DNA of 64,000 bases. Origin: Mobula hypostoma (Eukaryota). The notes beneath the pieces were generated by a model, which saw only the letters and a list, made by a program, of their open reading frames with translations, was not told the DNA's origin and did not search any database. Location: positions 12,834,001-12,898,000 of the forward strand of contig NC_086109.1 in assembly GCF_963921235.1 (NCBI RefSeq). The letters run 5' to 3'. Shown here in pieces: positions 46,878-59,909 of the stretch (position 1 is the first letter of the stretch; each line of letters opens with the position of its first letter). A program made the translations under genes and the position numbers.

Positions 46878-49761
46878 GAGTCATTCTATTATTGGGGGTA
46901 CATTTCACATAAATAAAAAAGTACAAAAGTAATGTGCTTTCTCAATAAAACAATCAGTGGTTTAAGTTAAAATATTCATTCAATGTAATGTATCCACTAG
47001 TTGCAAAGCTTAAGCATTGACAACTTTTTTGATATTTTAAGGGAAAGGATATTTTTGCTAGTTAGTTTGTCAACTATGTTATGGACAAACTGTATGCCAT
47101 TACACACTTAGTCTAATGCTCTACTTTAGGTAACATACATTTTTAGGAGTTCTTGTGTCTATTCTGCCATATGCACAATGATTTTTTATGTTTTTTTAAG
47201 AATTTAATATTTTGCAGATATAAATGTGATATGCTCAGCGCTGTCATTAAGGTCAGGAGAACTTTTTTTAAATCATAAATCTGCCTTACAGGTCCTTTTC
47301 ATAGTTTTAAGAGATGTTATGCAAAACTCAAACCTGTGTGGATGTATGATATACCTTGAAGGATATCAGAAGCAGCATTTTCATTAGTTTCAATGTAAAA
47401 AAAATCAGGTGTGACATAGTTGACAATGAAAGTCCTATAGTTGACACAAGTAACATAGTTGACTGGACATAATTATTAACCATCAGCACAGTGTTTATTT
47501 CAAGGCAGAAGTGCCATTCAATTTTCAATTCATAGATAGAATTCAATGATGAATAATTAAAGGAATACAGAACACAATACATTTTCATTTACTTGAAACA
47601 AACACATAGTAGAGGAACAAGCTTTTGTACAGTCTGAATAAAATATTGACCAGTAACTGGTGAAGGGTTCAAACAAGTGCTTTCAATTCACACATTTAAT
47701 CAGAATTAAATGTTGACTAACAAAATTCATACAAAACAGTCAATATATTGTATTTTACATTGACATTTAGAAATTTGACAGATGTGAGGCAAAAAAACGT
47801 AGTAGAAGAACAAGCTTTAGTTTGACTAACTGGTGAATCATAGAAGACAACAGTTTTTTTTTATGTAATGCTTTGTTAAAATAATGAGTTCAAACAACTG
47901 TGGCAGCAGGGGTCCAAGTGACGCCTAACCTAAAAATAGTACAGTAAAATCAATATTTAACAGAACATATTAACTACAACATTCAGTTGCACATCTTAGA
48001 AACTAGACCAGATATTTTTATCGATTTCGACGTGACACGATGTCACTGGCTTTGCAGGAGGAATCATTCTCACAATGTCCTCAAACAGGTACCACAGCAC
48101 AACATCTCTTAGTGGCCAGAAGAAACAGTTGACTCCTATGTGGTGCATGCACTTTACCTGCACATGTGTCTCAGTGACTTCCTGAATGACTCCTGGGTAA
48201 ATTTTACCATTGTATTTCACAGCACACCACTGGTCAATTAAATCAGGACCCACTGGAATTCGTCATCCTTGTTTTGTCTGCTTGAGGCAGCACAAGGTTT
48301 TTTGCTGAACTCCAAAACTAAAGTTATTAGTGTTCTCACACGGACACTCAAAACTTTGTTTTATGGTGCAAGGGCAGCTTACATTTCGGTATATGATTTC
48401 TCCGGGTGCCACTGTGACTACCTGGTAGATCCGCACAGTTGGGGGCAGCACTGGCAGAATACTTGGCATTTTTTTTGTAGCTTCTTCCACGAGATCCTCC
48501 TGGGTGTAAAACACTCTCACAGTTTTGTTGTTGGCCAAAGTTCTGTAGAGGTGTTCCTCGGGTTGTTGGAAAACTTCACTGTCTGGGCCTCTGGTGGCGT
48601 AGCTAAGGTCTCAAGTCGGCGCTTTTTTTTATCTGCTTCTTTGCTGTACTTTCCTCCAGTAGGCCCTCTTGCTTCTTTTTTGTCTCTCACTCATCTCTGA
48701 CACAGTTTTGACCTTGCCTTGTGCTCTAAGCCTGTGCCATGCCTCTCTCTGCTTCTCCAAGTACGCTGACCATCTTGCAGGATCAGCATCCCGCTGAGCC
48801 CTGTATCACTGCTGCTTCTCAGCTGCTGATACCGTTTAAAATCATCAGCACATATCCCTTTAATCCTCAAACTCCTCTGGCACATGCAAGCCTAAACTAT
48901 TACAAAATATACTGATCTATGGCAACTGATCCATTAGCATCAGTGAACCATGTTACCCAGTAGGGTCACGTCAACTATGTTACTCATGAGTTGACCCTAC
49001 TGGGTAACTTAGTTGACAGGTAACAGAGTTGACAATTTCCCTATTTTAGCCCCTAATTTCAATGGTAGGCCTTGCATGGCTGACCACATGTCACTTTCTT
49101 TATCAGGTTAACCTTAAGTTTCAACATATATTTGAATTAAAGTCAGAAAAGAATTGTAAACCATAACAATGTACCGAACATAGCTGGCGGTCAATTAATA
49201 TACTCCTTGACAATGAGCTATTACAGATAAAATATTTTTAAAAATGAGAGGACACTCACCAGAATGTATTCAAAGTGGCAGCCACTGAGAGAAATGACAT
49301 CCTGTGATGCTGGTCACATGGTTTTGGGACAAACCATTTTTCAGTTGGGGGGGGTGTTCTGTTGGTAACATAGTCTATTAATGTCTGTAAAAGTTTTGTC
49401 AACTAAGATAATTATTTCATTTAAATGTGAAACTCAATTTTAAAAAACTGTATTTTTCAAAAGTATTTAGAATTTTAAAATAAATAACAAATAGATTATG
49501 CTAACTTTAATGGTTTTTAATCATTATTTTGAGGCCAAGATCCACTCAATTAAAAAATTAACATTGCAAAAACTGTCAGTTTAGGAACATCATGACAATT
49601 TCAGGCTAAATGAAACATATTGTGCACAAAATGTTTGTCTGATTTTATAATATGCTTTCCCTTAATCGGTACAATATGATATTTTTGAAGAAAATAGTTA
49701 GAAAAAATATCATTATCATCAATGGACATGAAATGTACCCCCAATTATAGAATTGTGTGTC
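46878..49761 (-). mobile_element. Cut-and-paste DNA transposon, Sola-like (superfamily tentative), with the catalytic core deleted
   Basis: Imperfect TIRs ATTCTATTATTGGGGGTACATTTCA (46883-46907) and TGAAATGTACCCCCAATTATAGAAT (49729-49753), with a left terminus GAG. Minus-strand transposase N-terminal (YRAQRDADPARWSAYLEKQRE) and C-terminal (YRNVSCPC...WCAVKYNGKIYPG...FFWP) pieces are present. Confidence 0.65.
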
Positions 49762-49778
49762 TATATATCTTGGCACGG

Positions 49779-52700
49779 TATAGGGAAACCTTGAAATTGA
49801 AGCAGAACTTAGAACACACGGTCCTAAGCGGCCGGGAAACGTTAATTACCACACAGGCAATACCAACAATCTGGCAACTAGTGGTTGTAATGCTGGGGTT
49901 CTTATGCTGCAGGTCCTGATGGAAACCAGGTGTGTTGTCATCAAAGAGAATTAGGAGCAAATGGGAAATTAACAGTCAGAGTTGTGACACAATCAAAGGA
50001 AATTAGATGAAAATAGAGAATTAACGATTGGGACCATGACAATAGTTCCCCCTCAACAGCAGCCACCAGTCAAACCACTAGGCTTGTCCAGATTGTCACG
50101 ATGGAAATCATGGATGAGGGAAGGGTCCAAGATGAAGGAGCGGGGAATCCAGCAGCATTCCTCCGGGTCGTATCCTTCCCAATCAACCAGGTACTGGAGA
50201 CCCCTGCCTCACCGGCGCACATCCAGAATTCGCCAGACGGTGTATGCTGGGTAGTCGTCAATGATCCGGGCGGGTGGAGGGTGTTTGGCAGGAGGCACAA
50301 AGGGCTGACAGATACAGGTTTCAACTGGGAGATGTGGAATGTGGGATGAATGTGCATGGATCTTGGCAGTTTACGTCTCACCACCGAGGGGTTGATTATA
50401 CTCTCAATCTCGAATGGTCCCAGATAGCGATAGGCAAGTTTCTTAGGTTCATTCTTAAGGGGCATGTCTTTTGACGAGAGCCAAACCTTCTGCCCAGGCC
50501 GCTAATTGGGAGCAGGAGTTCGATGGTAATCAGCAATCCTCCAGTTGCAGTCGGCTGAGTGGAGCATGGCTGCACGCGCATCCTTCCAGATCTTGCGGCA
50601 CCAGCGGAGATGGGCATGAACTGAAGGCACAGTAATGTCTTCTTCATGTGCGGGAGACAGAGGGGATTGGTAACAGAGGGAGCATTCGAAGGGTGACATT
50701 CTGGTGATGGAGCTGACCTGGGAGTTGTAGGCATACTCTACCCAAGCGAGATGGGTGCTCCAGGATGACGGGTTGTTAGCAGTCATGCAGTGCAGTGCTG
50801 CTTCCAAATCCTGGTTTGCTTGTTCTGTTAGTCTGCGGATGGAAGCCGGAAGACAGACTTACTGAGGCTCCAAAGGCTTGACAAAAAGACCTCCAGACTT
50901 GAGAGATGAATTGGGGGCCCTGGTCAGAAATAATGTCAGAGGGAATTCCATGAAGGCAGAAGACGTGATGAACAAGGTCAGCTGTTTCAAGGGACGTAGG
51001 GAGTTTGGGAATGGCTATGAAGTGTGCGGCTTTGGAGAAGCAGTCCACCATGGTGAGTACAACAGTGTTCCCATGCGAAGTCCAGTAACAAAATCCAGCG
51101 CAATGTGAGACCAAGGGCGGCTAGGGACAGGTACAGGATGAAGCAACCCACCAGTGGTTGGTGGGAGGCACTTCCGTGGGCACAAACAGAGACGAAGGAA
51201 CGAGTGTCAGCATCCATGGAGGGCCACCAGAGATGTCTCTTCAGAAGGAACAGAGTTCGATCGATCCCGGGATGGCAGGCAAAATGAGAAATGTGCCCCC
51301 ACTGGCGAACCTGAGACTGTACAGAGTCAGGCACGAAGAGGCGATTGGAGAGTCCATTGCCTGGGTCAGGTTGAGTCCGTTGGGCCTCTTTGACCATGGA
51401 TTCGATCTCTCAGGTGAGGGCAGCCACCACACAAGATGGTGGAAGGATGGCCTCGGGGTTGGGAAGGCCATCTTTAGAGAGGTATGGACGGGAGAGAGCA
51501 TCAGCCTTCCTGTTCTTGGACCCCCGAAGACAGGTGAGTGTGAATCTGAAACGGCCAAAAAATAATGCCCAATGGGCTTGGCGGGAATTCAGGCGTTCGG
51601 CAGTTTGGATGTATGTGAGATTCTTGTGGTCTGTCCAGACGATGAATGGACGTTCTGCTCCCTCCAGCCTGTGCCTCCACTCCTCCAAAGCGAGTTTGAT
51701 GGCCAGTAACTCCCGGTTCCATACGTCATCGTTCTGTTGGGGCGGGGGATAGCCGGCGAGAAAAGGCGGCGCGGGGATGGAGGTTTTGATGTGGGCCGGA
51801 GCATTGGGAGAGGACCGCTCCCACCCTAGAGTCGGAGGCGTCGACTTCCACAATAAATTGGCGAGGGGGGATCCGGTTGGACCAGGATGGGAGCGGAGGT
51901 GAAACGCCTCTTCAGCTCCGAGAAGGCTGAGTCCGCTTCGGGGGTCCAGTGGAAGGGGGTCGCCGGAGAGGTGAGTCGAGTAGGGGGCGCTGCCACCCGG
52001 CTGTAATCCCTGATGAAGCGACGATAGAAGTTTGCGAACCCCAGAAATCGCTGGAGTTGCTTGAGTGTCATGTGTTTTGGCCACTCCGCCACCGCCCGGA
52101 TCATTTCGGAATCCACCCTCACTTGCCTGCTCCCGATGATGTACCCCAAGAAACTGACAGAAGGGACATGAAACTCACACTGCTCGGCCTTAACGAATAG
52201 TTTGTTCTCCCAAAGCCTCTGCAGAATCTGACGGACATGGTGGATGTGTTCCTGAAGACTGCGGGAGAAGATTAAGATGTCGTCCAAATAAACTAAAATG
52301 AAACGGTTAATAAAGGCCCTAAGGACATCATTTATCAGGGCTTGCAAGACGGCGGGGGCATTGGTGAGACCGAAGGGCATGACCAGATATTCGAAATGAC
52401 CAAGAGGGACGTTAAAAGCTGTTTTCCACTCATCTCCCTCCCTTATCCTGACCAGGTGGTCGGCACTCTGTAGGTCCAATTTAGAGAAAGTGGTGGCTCC
52501 GTGAAGGGGTTTGAAAGCAGAGTAGATAAGGGGCAGTGGATATTTATCCTTTATGGCGATGCTGTCCAGGCCGCGATAGTCAATGCAGGGGCGCAGTCAG
52601 CCGTCTTTCTTCCCCACAAAGAAAAAACCCTGCGCCTACAGGGGAAGATGAGGGTTGGATAATGCCAGCCGCGAGAGTCATTTAGGTTAGCCTCCATTGC

Positions 52701-54633
52701 TTCCCTTCCGGGCCGGGACAGGTTATACAGCCGGCTGGTGGGTAGAGGGGCTTCGGGGAGAAGGTCAATTGCGCAATCGTAAGGGCGATGTGGAGGCAGA
52801 GAAAGAGCTTGTTGTTTGCTAAACACTTCTCTCAGATCGTGATACTCTGCTGGAACCTTGGATAAGTCAGGGGTTTCAGAGGCAGACGAGGTCGCGGTGG
52901 CTTCCACAGGTGAAAGGGCTGATTGCAGACAAGTGGTGCGACAGAACGAACGCCAGCTGACTATCTTCCTGGTGGACCAGTCAATGTGGGGGCTATGGTG
53001 GCTTAACCAGGGGTAATCAAGAACTATCGGAGCTTGAAGAGAGGAAATTAAATTGAATCGTATCTGTTCCCTGTGGTTCCCGGAGAGAAAGAGAGACAGG
53101 TGTGGTGTGCAATGTGTAACTCAGGCCAGTAGTCTACCGGCCAGTGCCCGGGCTTCCAAGGGGGTACTCAACGGCTCGCGAGGAATCCCGGCCCGGGAAG
53201 CTGTGTTTTCATCCAAAACGTTTCCCTCAGCGCCGGGTCCACTAGTGCTGAAAGGGACTGTTGGTTGTAACGTAAAGTAGCTGGAAGCTGCATCCGGGTT
53301 CAGGGAACGGAAGGGAATGTTGTCTGGCTCACCAGGGTCCCCCTTTCTACTGGTGAGCCCTCTCCTTTGGGCCGAAGGGGAGAGGTAACGCGGAAGTGGC
53401 TGGACTGGCTGCAATATAGACACTCACCCGCTCTCACTCTCTGTAGTCGTTCAGCGGGGGAAAGGCGGTTCCGTCCCAGCTGCATGGGTTCCTCTCCCTG
53501 AGCAGTGGAGACGGCCGGGCTGGGAGCTACTCTAGGACCAGGACGAGAGAGGCTTGTTCTGGCGGGAGACGGAAATGAGTGCCGTGGAGTGGCCAAAGGT
53601 GGTGGACAGCCTGTTGTTTCTCTATGCCGTTCTTGGAGACGATTGTCCAACCTGGTGGCTAAGGAGATCAAGGAGTCCAGGCTGTCAGTATCGTCTGTTG
53701 CCGCCAACTCGTCTTTTACCATGTCGCTGAGACCATTCCGATATACCCCTCGGAGTGCCTCATCGTTCCACCCCGAGTTGGCCGCTAACGTCCAGAACTC
53801 CACGGAATATTCGGCAACACTGCGTGAGCCCTGGTGGAGATTGAGTAGACCTTTGGCGGTGTCTTTACCACGGACAGGGTGGTCAAAGATCTTTCTCAAT
53901 TCTGCGACAAAGGTGGCGAAAGAGGAGTAGATCTCCGGTTGATTATCCCAAACAGCTGTAGCCCAAGCTAAGACACTTCCCCGCAACAAGCCCATGATAT
54001 AAGCAATCTTTGACTTATCCGTGGAGTACGTGGATGACTGCTGTTCGAACACCAAGGAGCACTGCAGAAGGAAGCCCCGGCACTTCCCCAAATCTCCAGC
54101 ATAGTGCTCTGGTTCAGGTACGTGCGGCTCTCTTGGCGGGGGTGTTGCTGACACGTAGGGGGTTGCCACTACATGCTGTCTGGGCTGGTTGGACAGAGTT
54201 CCAGAAGTGGATGGGGTAAAATGAGTGGATACACGGTCCGCCTGGTCACCGATCTTCGTTACGTCAGCAAACAGGGAACGGAGGTTCTCCATGGCCTCCC
54301 GGAGGAGTTGGTCGTGCAGACCCAGTAGGGAGCCCTGGTTGGCGAGGGCTTGTTGCAGGATACTCGTGTGTACTGGATCCATTGTGGTCAGATCTTTCTG
54401 TTGTAATGAGTAGATGAAGTGGGTTCCAAGTGCAGGACATAGGCACGGAGAATGAGTTAGGATGCTTACGCGGACGCGGACATGAACATTTAACAGCAAA
54501 CAGGAGGGATCTGTTTACGGAGCCTTGACACAGAGAGATGGAGTTTCATAGGGAAACCTTGAAACTGGAGCAGAACTTAGAACGCACGGTCCTAAGCGGC
54601 ATGGAAACGTTAATTACCATACAGGCAAAACCA
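49779..54633 (-). mobile_element. Gypsy element B (chromovirus-type, sushi-like): gag-pro-RT-RH-IN-chromodomain with two partial LTRs
   Basis: YLDD RT (51826-52479), RELLAIK RNase H, VDCFSK integrase and chromodomain [12 protein letters not shown] (~50130-50240). PPT at 50042-50054; LTR pieces 49779-50041 and 54399-54633 overlap in sequence. Confidence 0.95.
53300..54383 (-). CDS. Gypsy B Gag (open ORF from MDPV through the Zn knuckle into the protease N-terminus)
   Basis: Part of the 399-aa ORF 53300-54499, with [27 protein letters not shown] and CLYCSQSSHFRVTS (last knuckle Cys changed to Ser). Confidence 0.85.
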
Positions 54634-54700
54634 TTCTACTGGTGAGCCCTCCCTTTTTGGCCGAAGGGGAGAGGTAACGCGGAAGTGGCTGGACTGACTG

Positions 54701-55650
54701 TTTCTGGAAGACGTACCCTCGAGTTTACCTTCATCAGGATTGCTGAGAAATATTTTTTCGCATGAATAAGTTCTTGACCGACTTGCCGGTTTTCATCTGA
54801 TACAGACCTAGGACAGGCACTTGCTGCAACCAGTCGCACACAAGTAAATTCACTCCTTCTCCCTCACCGGTTGTTGGTCCGATTGATTTTCACACTCGAG
54901 TACCCTGCCACAACCAAGCAGCTGTAACTACTCCCCAGTGTAAGCCTTCAGTGTAATGCGGTGGCGTAAGTGTCTTCAGAGTCAGAGCCAAACATGCTTA
55001 CCCATGTCTTTTCACTGCATATAGTAACAGCACAGCCAGTGCCAAGCTCAAAGGAAATGGGTCTGCCGTTACTCTCTAAAATCATCCGTGTAGGGAGAAC
55101 TGGTCCTCGAACATCTGAGTATATTACGTCTGCTTACGGCTCCGTGACGGTAACCGCGTACTGTGCCGCAGTGGAAGGTTCTGGTTTGGACGGAGGCGGA
55201 GATCGGCAAACTTTTGTCAAGTATCCTTTCTTTTGGCCAATATAACAGACGGAAACTCGGTGTCGACAGTCAGTAGGCTTCAGCTGATATACACCACAAC
55301 GGTAAGATCGAAAACGTGGAGTGTCCCTCGCTGGGACACTTTGTTAATGTTAGTATAATGTGCGGCAGTTGTCGGTGATGTACATTGCACTGTTGCAACG
55401 AAACAGCATTATCTGCCACTTCCATTGCCGTTTCCAATGCGAAAGGGAATGTGAGTTGAGTGTTAGCTCGGATTCTGCCAATAGACGATGTTGAATGCGA
55501 ACATCACGCACGCCGACAACCAAGTGACCCCATATTTTATTTTCTCTAACAGCTCCAAAATCACAAAATTAAGTCAGCAACAAGCGTTGCTACTGATTCA
55601 TCTTCAAATTGAATATGCGTGTTGAATCTAAAGCCGTGAAAAAAAAGTCC
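54701..55650 (-). mobile_element. Gypsy element C fragment of a different lineage (gag C-terminus, Zn knuckle, protease)
   Basis: Minus strand HLVVGVRDVRIQHRLLAESELTL, CYIGQKKGYLTKVCRS, GRPISFELGTG (DTG motif with D changed to G), LKAYTGE and NLLVCDWL. Confidence 0.8.
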
Positions 55651-55654
55651 AAAT

Positions 55655-56330
55655 GTTCAGTGCTTGGTTGGTAAATTGATGGAGAGGATCCTGAGAGGCA
55701 GAACGTATGAACATTTGGAGAGGCTAATATGATCAGGAATAGTCAGCATGGCATTGTGAAAGGCAGGTCGTGCCTTACGAGCCTGACTGAATTTTTTAGG
55801 GATGTGACTACACATTGATGAAGGTACAGCAGCAGATGTAGTTATATGGATTTCAGCAAGGCATTTGATAAGGTACCCCATGCAAGGCTTATTGAGAAAG
55901 TAAGGAGGCATGGGATTCAAGGGCACATTACTTTGTGGATCCAGAACTGGCTTGCCCACAGAAGGCAAAGAGTGGTTCTAGACGGGTCATATTCTGCATG
56001 GAGGTTGGTGACCAGTGGTGTGCCTCAGGGATCTGTTCTGGGAACCCTACTCTACGTGAGTTTTATAAATGACCTGGATGAGGAAGTGGAGGGATGGGTT
56101 AGTAAATTTGCTGATGACATAAAGGTTGGAAGTGTTGTATATAGTGTGGAGGGCTGTCAGAGGTTACAGCAGGACATTGATAGGATGCAAAACTGGGCTG
56201 AGAAGTGGCAGATGGATAACCTAGATAAGTGTGAGCTGGTTCATTTTGGTAGGTCAAAAATGATGACCGCATATAGTATTAATGGTAAGACTCTTGGCAG
56301 TGTAGAGGATCGCCACTTCATACAGAATTT
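55655..56330 (+). mobile_element. CR1 RT fragment
   Basis: ORF 55846-56370 with DFSKAFDKVPH, GVPQGSVLG and KFADD. Confidence 0.9.
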
Positions 56331-58421
56331 CTGCCCAATTGCTACTCCCATAAATACACGCACAAGGTAGACTTTGTCAGGAGTCCTGGATGAACGATAC
56401 AGAACGAGCATTTTTGGATTTACAGTGACATTTCACCACTAGTCGAGGTCAATGCATCCGGCATTGGTGATATCCTCTCTCTGTGCTCTTCTGAGGATAG
56501 CCCGCTGCACCGTTGCGCTTTTATTTCCCATCGCTTCTCTACAACCGAGTGTAATTATGATGTTGAGAACAGGGAACTTCTGGCTGTCAAGGAGGCCTCG
56601 GAGGAATGGCGACACTGGCTGGAGGAGGCAGAACAACCTCTCTGGGTTTGGACAGATCATTAAAACCTTTCTTACATTCAGAATACAGAGAGACTCCTGT
56701 CAAGCCTGTTGGGCCCTCTTCTTCACCTATCTTCCTGACACCAAGAATACCAAGGCCGACGCTCACTCCCCATCGTTGAGGACAATGCTGATCCAGGGCC
56801 CATTCTTCCTCGCTCGTGATTGCTGCTCCACTGATCTGGAAAATTTCGGCGGAGGTGAGGGCCGTTGAACAGTCAGACTCAGGCCCAGGTAGGAGACCTC
56901 CCAACCAGCTGTATGCCCCAGCTGCATTGTGCTCCAAAGTTGGAATGGGGTCACTCCTTTCATCTGGCGAGCAGTCTGGAAATTCAACGGACCCAGGAGT
57001 TTATAAAGAGACAATTTTGGTGGCCAACTGTCCCAGGATAGCCACGACCTTGTATCTGCCTGTCCCGCCAGCGTCCTGCGGCACTGCTATGTCCGCAGCC
57101 AGTTCCCACCCTGGTCCCTGGTCCCTGGTCACCTCTCGGTGGATTTCATCACTCGGCTGCCCCCATTCTAATGGAAACACTACCATTCCGGTCGTTGTGG
57201 ATCGATTTTCCAAGGTTGCCCACTTCATTGCTCTACTTAAGCTGCAGTTGGTTCGTAAGATTGCCACCCTCATGATTCAACATGTGTTCAGGCCCCACAG
57301 CTTCCCTCAAGACAGTGTCTGATCGTAAACCACAGTCCAATTCCCTCTTTTGGAAGGGTTTCTGTTCTCTAGTAGGAGCCACTGCCAGCCTCTCATCTGG
57401 TTTCTACCCCCAATCTAATGGCCGGACTGAGAGAGTGAATCAGGAGTTTTTGACGAGCCTGCGCTGCCTTGCCTCTTCCAAACCCCAAGTTCTGGAGCTC
57501 CCAAGTGGTTTAGGAAGAAATCACCCGCAATGACCTCCAGTCCTCCTCCACGGCTATGTCCCCATTCTTCCCTGACCAGGAGATTGTTGACGGAGTTCCT
57601 GATGTTGAACGCTGATTCCAAGCTACAAGCACACTTTGAGACCAACCAAAGCTCCTCAGCTGCGCCCAGAAACAACATGCCCAACAAGCTGATTGGCTGC
57701 GCCGACATATGCGAACTCTCATGCCAGGAGAGGTGACCCTGCTGAGCATCAAGGGATCTTCCCATTAAAGTTGAGAGCCACAAATCGATCCCGTGGTACA
57801 TGGGGCCGCTTGTTGTGGAAAAGGCTGCAACAAGGTCTCGTACAGATTTTGTCTACCAGCATTATTGAAAGTCTGTCCAATGTCCATTGTTTCCAAGCTC
57901 CAACCAGTTACCAGCACCCTCCTCCTCCCCGCTTGGTAGATCGTTCATTGGTCAATACTGTACGGCGCCTCCTGCCATCTCACCGGTTATGGGGTGAGGT
58001 CTAGTGCCTTGTGGGCTGTGAAGGGCACGGTCCTGAAGAATGTTCTTGGCTCCCTGTGCTGGACTTCTTGGACAAGTCTCTCATTCGTGTCTTCCAGCGG
58101 GCACAGGTTTGTAGCGACTCCGCAACTACGCCGAGAGAGGGTTCCCTGTCACAACCACAAACTCTTCTGCAGGGTTAAACTGCCAGGTTGCAGTCAGCTG
58201 ATGCTGCTAACTCGCGGTATTCATTGTATATTTAGATATTCCTTTCAGCCGCGGTATTGGCATCCAGTTTACTGTTTAAGAGCTTTTGTGAATGGCCCTG
58301 CTTGACTTTGCGTTTATTGTTTTCCATTAAAATCCTATTTGCATTAAAGTCTGTAAACTATCGACCCGCTTCAGTGTCCCTCTCCCTCTCCGCACTTCGG
58401 CCATATCCAAACGCTGTGACA
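56330..58421 (+). mobile_element. Gypsy element D, 3' half (RT end, RNase H, integrase, PPT, complete 3' LTR)
   Basis: VVVDRFSKVAHFIAL integrase motif, PPT GAGAGAGGG, and LTR 58147-58421 with perfect TGTCACA...TGTGACA inverted termini. Confidence 0.88.
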
Positions 58422-59909
58422 CCACAGGCCTTGTCAATAATCTTCAGAGGTTATCGGACTGGCGTCAGTATTTGCACGGACAGGACGTGAAGTGCACCAT
58501 CTCTCATCGGACCATCCACCTCCTGCTCCCATGGCTTCACGTGACCCTGATGGGGGAGGTGAAGCAAGTGCTACACCTTGCCCAAGGGTGATCTGCACAG
58601 GTTAGTGGAGGGTAGGAATGTCTTGCACCTCCTTTGGTAGAGAGGTATCTCTACCCCACCACCAGTGTGTAAATGGAAAAGTAAATGCAATGATATTGAG
58701 GAATGCGGAGGGTGAAAGGGATCTTGGTGAGTGTGATCACCGATCACTGAGTGTGACAGAAGACGAGATAGGGTGAGTAGAAAAGCAGAAAAAAGGCTTC
58801 CTTTATTTGCAGAGACAAAAGAAATAGAAGCAGTGTGGCTATGCCCATGGCTTGAACACTGGTCCTTTGTAATTACCACATTACCAGAAGACAAGAATGT
58901 AGTGGGGAGTCTGCAGAAGAGATCGGTGAGGATGGGCCAGGGACTGAATGCTTCAGTCGTACCATTGATTGGATTGGCTTTGTCTGGAACTGAGGAGGCA
59001 GAGTGGAGACTTAATTGAGTTGTGAAAAAATTATAAAGGGCATCAAAATGATAAATAGGAAGAAGCTTGATCATTTAGTTGAGTGTTGAAATAGGGGTCT
59101 TGGGTTAAATGTAACTGTCATTTGCATTATAGGGGAGATGTCTGTAACCTCCCCCTTGATCTTGCCGCCATGGGAGACCAGACCATGAGCTAAGCCCTGG
59201 ACAGTGTCTCTCTCAGGATCTAAGGAGCTCACAAGTCTTTTCTTCATGATAAGGTGACGACCCATGGAGAAGTGAAGAAGTGATAGGGTTCCGTAACTCA
59301 TTTCCTGAAGGGTTGGTGGATGCAGAAACTTACGGCACAATATACAGAGACTGGAAGGTGTATTTGAAGAGCCGTCACCTGCCGGGCAAAGGACCCAGTC
59401 TTAGAGGAAAGGCCAGAACAGACAAAGCTTTTTCAACCAGTACTGGATGGAGGGCTGAACAGCCTCCTATGTTGTGCATTCTATGATCTTGCTAGAGGAA
59501 AACAGAAGTGGAACTTGACATTCTGTTCTTTATTGACAGGAAATTCTGGTGACATATGCCAGTGTCCTTTTTTGCTAAGTTATAAAACCAGAAAATGTGT
59601 GGAAACAGGAACCTAGTGTTATTTTAGGGTTTACCATTTTCGGCATATAAAGCATTTTCACGCACACGCAAATTTCGGGTGAATATAAATCAGCTATTTT
59701 CTCAGAATACCCCAATTTTCAAACTACAGTGAAATCTAGACTAAAGAATTAAACAGTCTGTATTACTTCTCCAACATGTGTAAATTTATGGCAACTGTTA
59801 TCCATTATTCACTTGGTTGCACTAAATCACATGGCATACCACTTCAACAAGCATCTAAAGATCTAACTAGGTGAACAGCAATATTGTGGATTTATAAGCC
59901 AAAGAAATT

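Noticed and set aside
54720-54860. DWLQQVPVLG on the minus strand looked like Polinton/Maverick DNA polymerase B
   Set aside because: The upstream context (gag helix, Zn knuckle, FELGTG protease, LKAYTGE) shows it is the NLLGRDWL-type end of a Gypsy protease.
38760-55655. CR1 5' half (ending 38760) and CR1 RT (starting 55655) as one element split by 17 kb of nested insertions
   Set aside because: Roughly 75 codons expected between the two breakpoints are missing and no TSD links them. It cannot be supported without alignment.
50000-58000. Many 60-170 aa ORFs antisense to, or in shifted frames of, the Gypsy elements
   Set aside because: These are shadow ORFs of GC-rich retroelement sequence with no independent motifs.
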